64,000 nt of DNA from Octopus sinensis (GCF_006345805.1 NC_043000.1:91388001-91452000), one strand, 5' to 3'; counted from the stretch's first letter, positions 11,681 through 25,139 are shown. The notes: generated by a model from the letters alone, not told the origin. Numbers and translations are program-made.

Positions 11681-13318
11681 ATAAAAAAAACCACAGATCA
11701 ATGACAGCATTTTTTCTACTGTTCTAGAATTTGGGATGGGCCTATCTCTCAATATGGGGTGGGGCACTCCCATTGTTTCCTCGAGGAAATACCTTCCTTT
11801 CTTGGGTCTTGTTGGGTTTGAATTGTCATTGTTGCTTCTGTAATTTTGTTTTTCTATGGAGGGGTAATGGCACTATGCATACCCGTTTCTTTTACCTCTG
11901 GTAAGCAGTGGTCCATACTATACGACCAATTCAACTCAAAAGGCCTTACAAAGAGCTTGCACTTCCCTCTACTGGCATATCTCTCTGGGTCACAGTGGCA
12001 ACTAACCATTATACTGTAGCAAGGATTGGACCTTCTAAGTTTAATATACAAAGCACCAGTCAAGTATTAAGATACGTTCATCTCTCCATCCCACTTTCTC
12101 TTTCCTTCTCTCTTGTTACTCCTTTGGAATTGATTACCTTTACTTAAAGGAAAATAGTGGAGGTGCATGGTTTAGTGATTGGGGTGTTGGACTCATGATT
12201 GTAAGATTGTAATTTTGATTCCTTGACCAAGCGTTGCTTTGTATGCTTGTGCAAAACGCTTCACTCTATGTTGCTCCAGTCCATTCAGCTGTAGAAATGA
12301 GTACCACTTGTGGAAGCACATCACTTGGTGGTTAAGGTGTTGGAATCATGACCGTAAGATTGTGATTATGATCCCTGGATCAGGCAATCTGGTGTGTTCT
12401 TGAGCAAAACACTTTATTTCATGTTACTCCAGTACACTCAGCTATAGAAATAAGTTTAACCTGGAGAAAGATGGGCTTCACCAGGCTTTCACTCCCTAGA
12501 TATGCTGCATGGCTGCAGCACCTGAACAACCCCGAAGGGGTTAAGGGACTGGTCAAATGATCAAAGGAAAATGCTCATAGACTTCCTTTCTCCAGAAATG
12601 GAGAAGAGTTGAACCAGGTGCTAGCAACTATTTCTCATAATAAAACAAAAGCAAAACCAAAAAACTGACATGCCACTGAATGTCTACCTCGGTGGCCCTA
12701 CATATTGGGCAGTGCAATGTGATACTAATACAAATTTAGAACCAAATTCAATATAACCTGAGAATTCATTTTTTGATAGTTTGGAATGAAAAGAGAAGGA
12801 ATAACAATTAAGTTGGCATTGGCGTGACTTGAAATCAAAACATTGGGAATTGAAATTAAAATGCTGTATTACACATCTATCCTGTCCAGCTCTACTATCT
12901 TGGATTAAAGTAAACTTGGAACAAATAATGAAATGTATAAAAGTAACTGCATAAAAGAAAATCTAAAGAAATATAAGATTCTTATTTTAGGAAATTGTTA
13001 TTTTTGATGAACAATATTGTTATTATTTATCTTATTTTTAATAAATTTACTCAAAGTAAAAAACATAAACACAAGAACCACTCAAAAACAAAGATAAAAA
13101 AATATATATGAAGTATTTTAAAGTATTTCCCTAAATTTTATTTCTGTTATATTTCATTGGAAAAATAAATAAAAACACACAAACACACAGAAATTTTCAT
13201 ATGCACATACATACATACATACATACATACATACATACATAAATACATACATACATACATATACACACACAAATGCATACATGCACACACACACATATGT
13301 ATGATGTATATATCTATC

Positions 13319-13404
<86 letters not shown>

Positions 13405-13629
13405 TTATATATATATATATTTATATATATGTTTATATATACACACATGTATGTTTGTAAATGTGTATATGTATGTATCTATGCATATACAAACACACAG
13501 GAAACTCATACTAGCACACATTATGCCCACATTCTTTGATGGGTTATTTTTAATTACATTTTTGCATTAGTTTTGTAACTTTATTTTTTAATAGTGTGTG
13601 GAGGATGGCGGGTGAACTATCAGTAGTTA

Positions 13630-14070
13630 GATGAATAACAGCAATGGCAAACGACAATAAAAACCACAAAAAACAACATCAAGATGAACTAAAGAAAAAG
13701 AAATGAGGAGTAGAAAAGAAGAGAAAATGAGAAGAACAGGAAGGAGTAGGAGGAGGATGAAGAGAGGATGGAGGAAGAAAGTAGAAGGAGGGAGAGAAGA
13801 AGTAGGAGGAGGAGGAGGAGGAGGAAGAGGAAAAAGTTGTAGAAGATAGAGGGGGAAGTGGAAAAAAGTTGCAGAAGATGGAGAAGGAAAACAAGAAGGG
13901 GAAGAGAAAGATGAGAAGGAGGAGAAGGAGAAGAAGATGTAAGAGGAAAAGGAGAAGAGGAAAGGAAGAAGAATGGGGAAGAGGAGGAGGAGAAGAACAA
14001 AAAGAAAAAGAAGAAGAAGAAAAGAAAGACATTGATGAGAATCAACAACGGCAACAGAAGTAATAATCAG
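13630..14070. repeat. Purine-rich (GAA/GGA)n low-complexity tract
   Basis: Direct inspection. Confidence 0.9.
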
Positions 14071-15184
14071 AAAGGGCTCCACGACAGACTTACTTAACTT
14101 CTTGTTACGTGGTTAATCTGGTTGTGTGTGTGTGTGTGTGTATGGTGAGTGGGTTTGCATGGGTGATAGCTTTAGTTTTAATAGGATAGATAAGACTTTC
14201 ATTTTGGAACAGTGCTAATCCTCTGTATTTATTATGGATATTTTATCTATATTAAGACAAATCTGCTATCTATGAGCAAGATTTCTTAAAGCATAAGTAG
14301 AAAACTAAATTTGGTATGGAATCTCTGATTTGGAATTAAACCAATTAATAGCACTTTCATGCTATCCTTTGTAATACAACCAAATCCTTAAAGTATATCT
14401 GATTTTGCTTCCTGTAATGAATTTTACCTTTGTGTAAGTACAAAGGCAAACGAGTCAAAACAAATTTGCTGCTGTGGTTGGTGTTGTTGTTTCTGTTGTT
14501 CTTATTTTATATTTCGGTGAAGTCGCTGGTCAATTTTGATAGAATAGGTCTATGGCAAAAGAAATTTCAACTGGGGACAAATCAGTAATTTTTTTTCCTG
14601 AAAGTGACACCAGACCACCTCTTCCCATGTCCCCTCCTTTATAGTAAGACATCTGTTTCTGCCTTTCTGTGTCTCCGTCTCTCTCTCTGTGTCTCCACCT
14701 CTCTGTGTCTCCCTCTCTCTGTCACACTCTAAATTTTCGTCTTCTGACACAAGATCCCCTCCTCCAATTAACCCACCCCTCTCAAAATTCTTTCTCTTGC
14801 ATGTTACTTGTTAACCCTGCAGGTACCGGTGCCACATAAAAAGCATTCAGTCTACACTGTAAAGTGGTTGGCATTTGGAAGGGCATCCAGTTGTAAAAAT
14901 CCAAACAAAACTGACCTCACCTATGCTAATACTACGTGAAAAGCACTGAGTTCACATTGTTGAGTGGTTGGTGTTAGAGAGGGCATCCAGTCAAAAATCC
15001 TACCAAAACAGACACAGTAGCCTGGGGTAGTTTTCTACCTGGTTGGCTCCTGTTGATCGTCCTACTCATGCCTGCATGGAAGGCAGACATTACACAATGA
15101 TAATGATGTGTATTATTACAATAATCTAATGAGGCCTTCTTATATATGTGAAATAATAATAGTATCAAATATTTTTCAAGGCTA

Positions 15185-15700
15185 GTAATTTTGGGGGGAG
15201 TTGGTTACTTGATACTACTGACCACAGTACTTGACTGGTATTTTATTTTATAGACACTGAAAGGATGAAAGGCAAAGTTGATCTTAGTGGAATTTGAATT
15301 CAAACATAAATAACCAGAAAAAAAACGATACTAGTCATTTTTTTTAGCACACAAATGATTCTGCTAGCATGCTGTCTAGTTTCAACTTTTAGCACAAGGC
15401 AAGCAGTTATAGGATACAAGGGGCAAGTCAATTACATCAACTTTAGTGCTTAAATGGTGCTTATTTTATCAGCCCTGAAAGGATGGAAGGCAAAGTCAAC
15501 CTTGACTACATTTGAAAGCAGATCGTAAAGAGCTGGAAGTAGTGCTGCTAAATACTTTGTCCAATATGATTAAGATTTTGACAGGTCACCTCCATTTTAT
15601 GTGATATAATAATAATTTCAAATTTTGGTACAAGGCTAGCAATTTTGTGGAGGAGTTAATCAATTACACTGACACCTATGCTCAATTGGCACTTTTTTTT
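15185..15700 (-). mobile_element. Cluster of decayed family C SINE copies
   Basis: Two to three copies of GGATGAAAGGCAAAGT...TTTGAA plus family tails, consecutive. Confidence 0.6.
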
Positions 15701-15715
15701 TATCAGTATTTAAGA

Positions 15716-16099
15716 TGCGGGAGTAGCTTACTTACCAGCCACATGGTTCTGGGTTCAGTCCCATTGCAAGGCACCTTGGGCAAGTATCTTCTACTATAGC
15801 CTTGGGCTGACCAAAGCTTTGTGAGTGGATTTGGTAGACGGAAACTGAAAGAAGCCTGTCGGATATATGTGTATGTGTGTATATATGTTTGTGTGTCTGT
15901 GTTTGTCCCCCCAGCATTGCTTGACAACCGATGTTGGTGTGTTTACATCCCTGTGAATTAGTGGTTCGGCAAAAGAGACTGATAGAATAAGTACTAGGCT
16001 AACAAAGAATAAGTCCTGAGGTCGATTTGCTTGACTAAAGGTGGTGCTCCAGTATGGCCACAGTCAAATGACTGAAACAAGTAAAAGAGTAAAGAGAGT
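15716..16099 (+). mobile_element. Family A CORE-type SINE
   Basis: Head slightly truncated; CORE block, middle and tail collinear with 950-1355. Confidence 0.85.
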
Positions 16100-16445
16100 A
16101 AGGGATGAAAAACAAAATTGACCTTAGTAGAATTTGATCATAGGACTTAAAGAACCGGAAGATGTGTCCTAGCATTTTGTTCCACAAGCTAATAACCTGT
16201 CAGTTTGCCACTTTGATGGGAAATATAATAATTCTTTCTTCTATTGGCATAAGGCCTGAAATTTTGGGAAAAGGGGCTAATTGATTATATCTGCCCTACT
16301 GCTCAACTGGTGGTTATTTCATCAACCCTGAAAGTAAAACAGGCAAAGTCAACCTCAGTAGAATTTGAACTCAGAATGTAAAGTCAAAAGAAATACTGTG
16401 AAGCATTTCATCCAGCATGCTAATGAATTTACCAAATTGCTGCTT
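16100..16445 (-). mobile_element. Two decayed family C SINE copies
   Basis: AGGCAAAGTCAACCTCAGTAGAATTTGAACTCAGAATG and related block. Confidence 0.6.
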
Positions 16446-17005
16446 TGGTGTGTGATATATAATAATGAAGTGTGATTTGAGGGAAATTCAGTTGTTTTTA
16501 TGAGCAAATTGAGTGATCATATAGTTGCTGGTCTCAACTAGTGGTGTATGACAAAATTTTCAGTGGCTCAAAGAAATATAAAAAAAAATCCTTGTCTTCA
16601 AATAGAGTAGTATTAAACATTATGTATGTGATTATTTTAATTAATTTCTGCTAGATTGCATTATTTGATCTTGAAATGAATATTTTCTCTTTAATTTTCA
16701 GTCTAATTTCATTGATTTTATGCTCAATTGGTTCATAAAACTATTAAGTAAATCAAATTTAAGCATGACAAGAAACCAGTTAACAACATTATGTAAGGGG
16801 TGCTTTGTGCAGTTCGTTAAAAGTCCTCGGGTAATTTAAGGCCCATATCCATATTGAGACATAAATAGTGAGGCTTTTACAGTCTTGTTTATATCATATT
16901 AGGCCATTATTCATTACGGAAGTTAGTATAAATGATACATAGAATAATAACAAACCTTCCGGTATTTGTTACTATGTTTTTTTATGTATGCACACACACA
17001 CGCAT

Positions 17006-17063
<58 letters not shown>

Positions 17064-17089
17064 ACACATGCATACATATAGTTCAAAGG

Positions 17090-17442
17090 ACTTTCAGAAA
17101 AAATTTTCCTGAATGAGCTACACGATATGGAAAAAGATGTTCTTATATTTCGTTTTTGGATTTGGTTTGCAAGATTCTTCATATGAGTTCGTGTGTTGAA
17201 GCATATTCTGTTGTGTCTGGGGAGAGTCATTTTCTTTTTGTGCCTTATAATGTAACACACTCACCGGTAAAATTTCCACTTATTTCTTATTTTTATTTTT
17301 ATAAAATAAGACTATTGTAAAGGTTGCAAGATGCAGCAAAAATTTTATAAAAATAAAAATAAGAAATAAGTGGAAATTTTACCAGTGAGTGTGTTACATT
17401 ATAAGGCATAAAAAGAAAATGACTCTCCCCAGACACAACAGA
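17090..17442. repeat. Fold-back element (arms 17207-17306 / 17343-17442) with unique extension to the left
   Basis: Arms are reverse complements; same family as 58860-59165 in opposite orientation. Confidence 0.9.
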
Positions 17443-17716
17443 TTTTCTTATATTTAAAATTACTAATAATATTAAAGAAAATCTTACAAATAAAACATGT
17501 ATCTGAAAATCTGTGAACACCCTTATACAAAACTTTCCTTCCATCTGTTTGTTAACCTCCATTTTTTAGAGATTTTTAATACAATAATTATTATTTAAGG
17601 AATCTGATTTTTAATTATATATATTTATATATGTCTCTATGTGTATATGTATTTGAATGCAACAATGCATATGTTTATCATTTATGATATATAATTAAGC
17701 CTAGTTTGGCTGTGAA

Positions 17717-18115
17717 GGTACAGGAGTGGCTGTGTAGGCACAGGAGTGGCTGTGTGATAAATAGTTTGCTTACCAACCACATAGTTCCAGGTTCAGTCCC
17801 ACTGTGTGGCACCAAGTGTCTTCTACTATAGCCTTAGGCTGACCAAAGCATTGTGAGTGGATTTGATAGATGGAAACTGAAAGAAGCCCAGCACATATAT
17901 ATGTGTGTATATGTGTGTGTCTATGTTTGTCCCCGCACCATTGCTTGACAACCGATGCTGGTGTGTTTATGTCCTCGTATTTCAGTGGTTCAGGAAAAGA
18001 GACTGATAGGATAAGTACTAGGCTTACAAAAAATGAGTCCTGAGGTCGATTTGCTTGACTAAAGGCAGTGCTCCAGCATGACCACAGTCAAATGACTGAA
18101 ACAAATAAAAGGAAA
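17717..18115 (+). mobile_element. Family A CORE-type SINE with duplicated first 20 bp
   Basis: CAGGAGTGGCTGTGT occurs twice in tandem at the head; rest collinear with 950-1355. Confidence 0.85.
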
Positions 18116-18306
18116 AACGAATATATAGTAGACCTTGGCAGAATTTGAACTCAGAATGTACAGACACTAAGCATTTTGCTCAATGTGCTAATGATTCTGC
18201 CTACAAATATTTAAACCTTCTAGAATGTGGCACATTTTGGGTATAGCCTAGGGCCAACTGAAGCTTTTGTGTTTGAATTTGTTTGGTAGAAGTTCCCTTC
18301 ATATAT

Positions 18307-18649
18307 CCAGTGCCGGTGGCATGTAAGAGAACCTTCCGTTTCGCGACCGTTGCCAGCACCGCCCCGTTTCGTGTCCGCTGCCAGCCTCGCCTGGCCCTTG
18401 TGCTGGTGGCACATAAAAAGCACCATCCGTTCGTGGCCGTTTGCCAGCTCTGTCTGGCGCCTGTGCGGGTGGCACGTAAAAAGCACCTACTACTACACTC
18501 ACGGAGTGGTTGGCGTTAGGAAGGGCATCCAGCCGTAGAAAGACTGCCAGATTTGACTGGGCCTGATGAAGCCTTCTGGCTTCACAGACCCCAGTAGAAC
18601 CGTCCAACCCATGCTAGTATGGAAAACGGACGCTAAACGACGATGATGA

Positions 18650-18652
<3 letters not shown>
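18307..18652 (+). mobile_element. Family B SINE-like element
   Basis: Near-identical to 10121-10470, same 5' start. Confidence 0.85.
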
Positions 18653-18693
<41 letters not shown>

Positions 18694-18728
18694 ATATATA
18701 TATGTGTGTATATATATGTATGTATATA

Positions 18729-18780
<52 letters not shown>

Positions 18781-19139
18781 ATATTATATATATATATATG
18801 TATGTATGTATGTATGTATTATGTATGTATGTATGTATGTATTATGTATGTATGTATGTATGTGTGTGTGTGTATGTGTGTGTGAAAGTGCTTGTGCTTC
18901 CTATAACAGATAGGAGGGATAATACTGATTCTTCAAGCTTATTTCATCTAAGATAGATATGATCTTTATATGAGAAGACGTTTGTGCTGCCAAGGCATCA
19001 CAAATGTCATCTCAACGATTAACCAGAGATGATTTTTAAAATGAGAATATCTGAAATAAACTCAACAGCTCTCACAAACGAGAATACTAAAAATGAACCT
19101 TACTGCTCTCAAAAATTAAGTAAAAAAAACCAGAAAAAT

Positions 19140-19327
19140 AATCAAGAATGCTTGTCAAGTACTGGATCGATCCCAAAATCTAACCAGTCTGTGCCACTCA
19201 TGGGGCCAAACATCCCTGAAAGTTTCATCCGAATCCATCCAGTACTTCTGTAGATATCTTGTCTGTGGATAAACAAACAAACACAACTGAAAACAATACC
19301 TCTGCCTTAGTGAAGGTGGAGGTAATA
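19140..19327 (+). mobile_element. Possible Helitron/DINE-like non-autonomous element
   Basis: CCAAAATCTAACCAG...GAAAGTTTCATCCGAATCC...(ACAA)n...GAAAACAATACCTC...GGAGGTAAT architecture, recalled from such families. Confidence 0.4.
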
Positions 19328-20066
19328 AGTGTGCTAACAAAGGTTGTGACAGTCAAATACAAACTCTTCCTCATTACTAAAGGGGGAGACCTTATGTCTG
19401 TCTTTTATAAAAAATAAAAATTAAATAAAAAAAAATCAATGAAACTACTTTCAGCATACATGTGGGCTACAAAGGGCAAATGTTGGACATGTGATCTATC
19501 TTTGTCAGTACAATACATGAATGTCTGCTTAATTTCAAAATGAAACCTGCAACTGTTATAAAAACATATACGAAGAAGACTTCATTGAGGAATATTTTAA
19601 TGTGCCAAAGAGAAAAATTTTTGTCTGTAAATCTGCAATTTGGATTACATCCAAAGCAATGTTGCTCTGAGTACTGGAATTTTGCCTAGACTTTTGACAC
19701 AATGACCTTGATATAAATGCAGTGTTTTTCCAGGGTTTACCTAGTGTATGAATTAAGGAAATATATATATTTTCAGGAATCGGTCACGACCTATATGAAG
19801 AAAAATTTGATTTGTGGCCTACTGACCTTCAGTTATAATATCTGAAATCAGTTGTGGGGTTTAACAACAAGAATTTCGTTTAATTCATCTCTCACGCAAC
19901 CATTTCCGTGTGGTACTAATGCCTGGATAAGTTAAAAGCTAAGTAATGTGTTTGACACTTAGACAAAAGAAAGTGGAAGAGCATGCATACATATGTATAC
20001 ACCTATATATATATATACACACATACATATATTTATATATATGTATATGTACATATATTTATATAC

Positions 20067-20105
<39 letters not shown>

Positions 20106-20305
20106 CATATATATGTATGTATATATATATACCCATATATATATTTATATACATGTATATATATATATTTATATATTTATATACATATATATATGCGTGT
20201 GTGTATATATATATATGTATTTATATCTATATATATTCATATATATATATATTGTATATATACTTGTATACATATATATTTATATACACATATGCGTATA
20301 TATAT

Positions 20306-20396
<91 letters not shown>

Positions 20397-20559
20397 TGTT
20401 TGTGTGTGTATGTATATATATATGTATGTATGTATATATGTATGTATGTGCATATATACATATATGTATGTTTATATCTATATATCTATCTATATATATA
20501 TACACATATATATAATATATATATAGGCATATATCTATATCTATCTATATATATATGTA

Positions 20560-20860
20560 ACTGGCATTCCGTCACTTACGGCGATGAGGGTTCCAGTTGA
20601 CCTGATCAATGGAACAGCTTGGTCATGAAATTAATGTACAAGTGGCTGAGTACTCCATAGACATGTGTACTCCTTCACATACTTCTCAGGGAGATTGAAC
20701 ATCACACATAGTGTGACATGGCTGGCCCTTTGAAAGACAGGTACTACTCATTTTTGCCCTCATAAAGTGTCTTGCTCAAGTACAAAATGTGATGCTGGAA
20801 ATTGAACTCATGACCCTACAATCACGATCTGAATATCCTTACCACTAAGCTACATGCCTT
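20560..20860 (-). mobile_element. tRNA-headed SINE with distinct tail (family E)
   Basis: tRNA-like head at right end on minus strand; body homologous to 35535-35770. Confidence 0.7.
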
Positions 20861-21160
20861 CACTATATGTATACATTATGTATGATATATATATATATAT
20901 ATGATATATAAATACAAGCATACACACATGTAGATAGATGATACATATATATTTATATATATACTCATGCACTTACATGCATACACATACATACACACAC
21001 ACACATATACATATATAGACAGTAATACCTCACTTTACAAGTATCTGCTTTATGAAACTCTGGATTTATGAGTTTTATTTTTCAAGCATTTAAAATTTAG
21101 GTCTTACCTAAATTTTCGAATGAAATGCAAAAGTTGTTCATACAATAACAAATGCTTCTG

Positions 21161-21854
21161 CATCATCATCATTATCATCATCATCATCATCATCATCATC
21201 GTTTAATGTCCGCTTCCCATGCTGCCATGGGTTGGATGATTTGACTGAGGACTGGCTGACCAGATGGCTGCACCAGGTTCCCAATCTTGATCTGGCAGAG
21301 TTTCTACTGCTGGATGCCCTTCCTAATGCCAACCACTCTGAGAGTGTAGTGGGTGCTTTTATGTGCCATTGGCAGAAGGGCCAGTCAGGCAGTACTGGCA
21401 ATGGCCACACTCAAATGGTGTTTTATATGTGCTACTTGCACAGGAGCCAGTCCAGCGGCACTGGCAATGACCTCGCTCGAATAATTTTTTCACATTCCAC
21501 CGGCACAAGTGCCAGTAAGGGATGCAGACAACGATCGTGCTCAAATGGTGCTTTTTATGTACTACCAGTACAGAAGCCAGTCAGCTGCTCTGTCAACAAT
21601 CATGCTCAGATGGTGCTCTTAGCGCTCCACTAGCGTGGATGCCAGTCATGCGATGCTTGCCTCAACAGGTCTTCGCAAGCAGAGTTTAGTATCCAATGAA
21701 AGAAAGGTATGCATAAGTGGGTTGGTTACACCCCTGGCATAGGTCACGAGTTATGGTCTCACTTGGCTTGCTGGGTTTTCTCAAGTACAGCATATTTCTA
21801 AAGGTCTCTGTCACTAGTCATTGCCTTGGTGAGGCCTAATTTTCGAAGATCATG
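21161..21854 (-). mobile_element. RTE-like LINE 3' end with long subrepeated 3' UTR and (GAT)n tail, decayed
   Basis: Minus strand HDLRKLGLTKAMTSDRDL*KYAVLEKTQQAK*, then family B-type UTR; homologous to 36801-37728. Confidence 0.75.
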
Positions 21855-22201
21855 TTACTGAGAAATTTATAGAGAACGAAAAAAGCTTTTATGCAAAAAA
21901 CTCTAGACTTGTTTTTAAAAAGAAATCTACAAGTTCGTCTATGAGTGCTTGTGGATTGGCAATCATGTCTGCAAGTATAGCGTGTGCGAGTCTAATGCAA
22001 GTGAAAGTAATTCAGAAAATGATTATAATAATAATATTTTTTATTATAAATGATCTTGACATTCTTTTTGCTTTACATAAAATATTCTTTTATTGTTTTA
22101 TTGCCATTTATTTATGAGTATTATAAATTTTATAGGTAAAATATTTTTCTGGGAACAAATTAGCTCATATATTGAGGCATTACTGTGTGTGTGTGTGATT
22201 G

Positions 22202-22232
<31 letters not shown>

Positions 22233-22347
22233 TTCCCTTCGATTGGACTTTCCTCTCTTCCAAAGAAGTGTGTCTGCTAATACCTTACATGTACCACATC
22301 CTCATGTTATTGTGTTCTTGTGTTTGTTCTTCTCTTTTGGATTTACC

Positions 22348-22382
<35 letters not shown>

Positions 22383-23397
22383 GCATACACACACACATAC
22401 GATGGGCTTCTTTCAGTTTCTCTCAACCAAATCCATACAAAGGGAGCAATTCCATTGACCCCAGTACTTAGCTGGAACTTTATTTTATGGACCCCGAAAA
22501 TATGAAATGTAAAGTTGACTGGCATGATTTGAATTCACAATCTAGTATCAAAAGAAACACTACTCAGCATTTTGTCCAACGCTTTAACAATTCTGCCAGC
22601 TTGCCACTTCACAATACTAAGTTTGGCACAAGGCCAGCAATTTTGAAGACTTGGAGTTAGTCAATACTATTGACATTAGTATTTGGTTGATGCTTTATCT
22701 TATTGACTCTAAAAGGTTAAGTGTTGCCTTTGAAGGGATTTTGAGCTGAGAACATAAATAGCTGGAAGAATTCTAGGTATATCTCCTCTGTATTTAATCA
22801 TTCAAATTCTTCTTTTGAAGAAATTGCTGATTTCTAACCAAGACACAGGAATTTCAACCGTGTTTCGTGGTCTGCTACCACAACAGCTCCTTTATAGGAT
22901 CCAGTTAGCTCAAAACATCATCAGGAGGAACCATGTCCAGTTTCGGCCCCTACTCCTCTACCATTTTGACGTGGTGGAGCCCCCCCACCCTTTCAGAGGT
23001 GTCTTCAGCTCTGGTGTTGGGTGCATGTCTTCTTTCTTCTTTCTTCTGTTCCGTGGCCTCTTTGATGTAGCATCAACAAGTGTCAGCGTGTGACTGACTG
23101 TCTTGTCAAGTTTCCCTTGAAATACCTACTGCTAGGCTCCAGGAGGCAGTCCCAGCAAGTTGTCACGTGACACTGTCTCAACTTTAACAGACCAATGAAG
23201 GCGCATAGTCTTGGCCCACGCATTCTCTAAACGAGACTGTCACCTGTCAATCAGTGAAGCTAATTCAGTGTCAGCTTGTCTCACCTAGTGATGTTATATT
23301 CCTGCTGGCATGTTATGACTTTCAAGTCATGTTTGGTCTTACCGCTGCAGCCATATACAGAAGCTCAATCTTTGGAATTTAGATAACGAAAACAATG

Positions 23398-23905
23398 TTA
23401 CATCTTAAACCTGAGAAAAATCTTGCATCGTCTTGCTGTTCCACTTTCAGATTGTATTTGTAATGTGTGAATCAGTTGGTTATTTCTTTTTCTGAAAATC
23501 CAAGCTTATCCAGACTGACAGACTGACAGGCATTACTAACAAAACCAAGTGCTCCAATTGTTATTGGTATGAACATAAATTTATCCGGATACAGATGCTG
23601 GAGACTTCAAAGCAGCTGTGCATAGTTATCTTCTTTCTCATCAATTTTCAAAAAGACTCTTTGACATCAGCAGGACAGCTGACCTCTATGATGGTATATA
23701 CTTTCTCTTGTCTATCCCAAACAACAATATCTGGCCTGTTATGTTTATTCTTGACTAATGTTTTGATGGGAATGTTCCACCAGTATTCCTTGTGCTGGTA
23801 TTTGTGCATATATTCAATAAAAGAAGGATTCTTTGTATTTATTCCAAGACAGTCTTTTTCCAAATAGTATTGTATATTGTTTTTGCAGCAATGCCATGCC
23901 AAATA
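23398..23905 (-). pseudogene. RLE-type non-LTR retrotransposon (R4/Dong-like) endonuclease-region remnant
   Basis: EYWWNIPIKT...HNRPDIVVWDRQEKVYTIIEVSCPAD and FIPITIGALGFV motifs, frameshifted. Confidence 0.8.
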
Positions 23906-23994
23906 GGGAGATAGTATCTATTCAATCTATCTGTCTGACTATCTAGATTGTTTTCATGTATAACTCTATATAAAATAGTTGTGCATTGATAGAT

Positions 23995-24345
23995 CATTCA
24001 AGTGTTCTATATTTAAGAGATGAGGAATTATGTACGTTATTTACATTATTTACATTTAACGGCTACTTGTCCTCATCTTGTTTGTTGTTAACACAACGTT
24101 TTGGCTGATATACCCTCCAGCCTTCATCAGGTGTCTTGGGGAAATTTTGACCCTGGGTTCTCATTCCTAAGGTATTTTTCAATGCTGTTGTTGTTGTTGT
24201 TGTTGTTGTTGTTATCATTATTATTATTATTATTATTCAGGTCACTGCCTGGAATCAGACTCAGAATCTTGGGGTTAGTAGCCCGTGCTCTTAACCACTA
24301 CACCATATGCACACTCTTAATCACTATGCCATATGCCCATGGGCA
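23995..24345 (-). mobile_element. tRNA-headed SINE-like element with an HHR-bearing tail
   Basis: Head GGTGTAGTGGTTAAGAGCACGGGCTACTAACCCCAAGATTCTGAGTCTGATTCC, (AAT/AAC)n linker, then HHR motif at 24090-24135. Confidence 0.6.
24090..24135 (-). ncRNA. Type I hammerhead motif with G12A substitution
   Basis: GACAC-CUGAUGA-A-GGCUG-gaggguauau-CAGCC-AAAAC-GUU-GUGUU. Confidence 0.65.
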
Positions 24346-24596
24346 TATTTTTTATTATAAATGATAAAGTTGTGGGTTGTGGAATTAATACTTTTGTTAG
24401 CAAATTTATATTGAAATGCATTGTCTTTGTTTCAATTAATTTAGAAAATAATGAAAAATTTAATAATAAGAAGAATTTAATACAATTCTATATTTCTGAG
24501 ATGAGGAATTTATTACATTAGTTGGAATGGTGTCTTGATCTTGCTTGTTTCTTTCTTTCACAACATTTGAGCAGTTGTTTGCTCCAGCCTTCTTCA

Positions 24597-24780
24597 TACT
24601 GTATTTTAACGTGTATAAGGAAACCCATTTTTTGTCAAAAATTAGGTTTAAAAAATATGGAAGTTTCTTATACATGGATATTATTATAGGCCCTTACAAA
24701 ACCATTTTTCTAAATTTTAAGCCCCAAAATTAGGGGGTTCCTTATATATGAGGGTTCCTTATACACGTTAGAATATGGTA
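24597..24780. mobile_element. MITE with about 27-bp imperfect TIRs flanked by TA (Tc1/mariner superfamily, pogo/Tc2-like ends)
   Basis: TA-CTGTATTTTAACGTGTATAAGGAAACCC ... GGGTTCCTTATACACGTTAGAATATGG-TA. Confidence 0.7.
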
Positions 24781-25139
24781 ACTTTTATGGTGTTAAATAT
24801 TTATTGGTAGTCTTTGCTGGAATGTCTTTCATCATAAATCAAATCTATCGAGAGTTGACCTGAAACTAAATATGAACAACATAAACAAGAGCAGCAATAA
24901 CAACAACAACAGTAGCTCAAGCAGAAGCAGTATTAGGTCCTTCTTTTTATTTCTTTTATTTTGTAATAAATAATACTCTTTAATTTTCTCTTCGTTTGTG
25001 TTTCTTTTATAGACTTCTTTTCGTGGGGGTATTTTTATATTTTCAACCACTTATCATGTTTGAATCACTGTCAAGTCTTTTTGCTGAGCGTCGAGACGGA
25101 GGGATGCCAGCATAAGAAATACTCGTGGAGGACTGCCAA

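Noticed and set aside
11720-12090. Possible decayed RTE-like 3' remnant on the minus strand
   Set aside because: Only faint motif echoes across several frameshifts; too weak to list as a feature.
13627-14082. Overlapping ORFs of 117-151 aa and a K/R/E-rich ORF
   Set aside because: Purine-rich low-complexity tract; no domain-like content.
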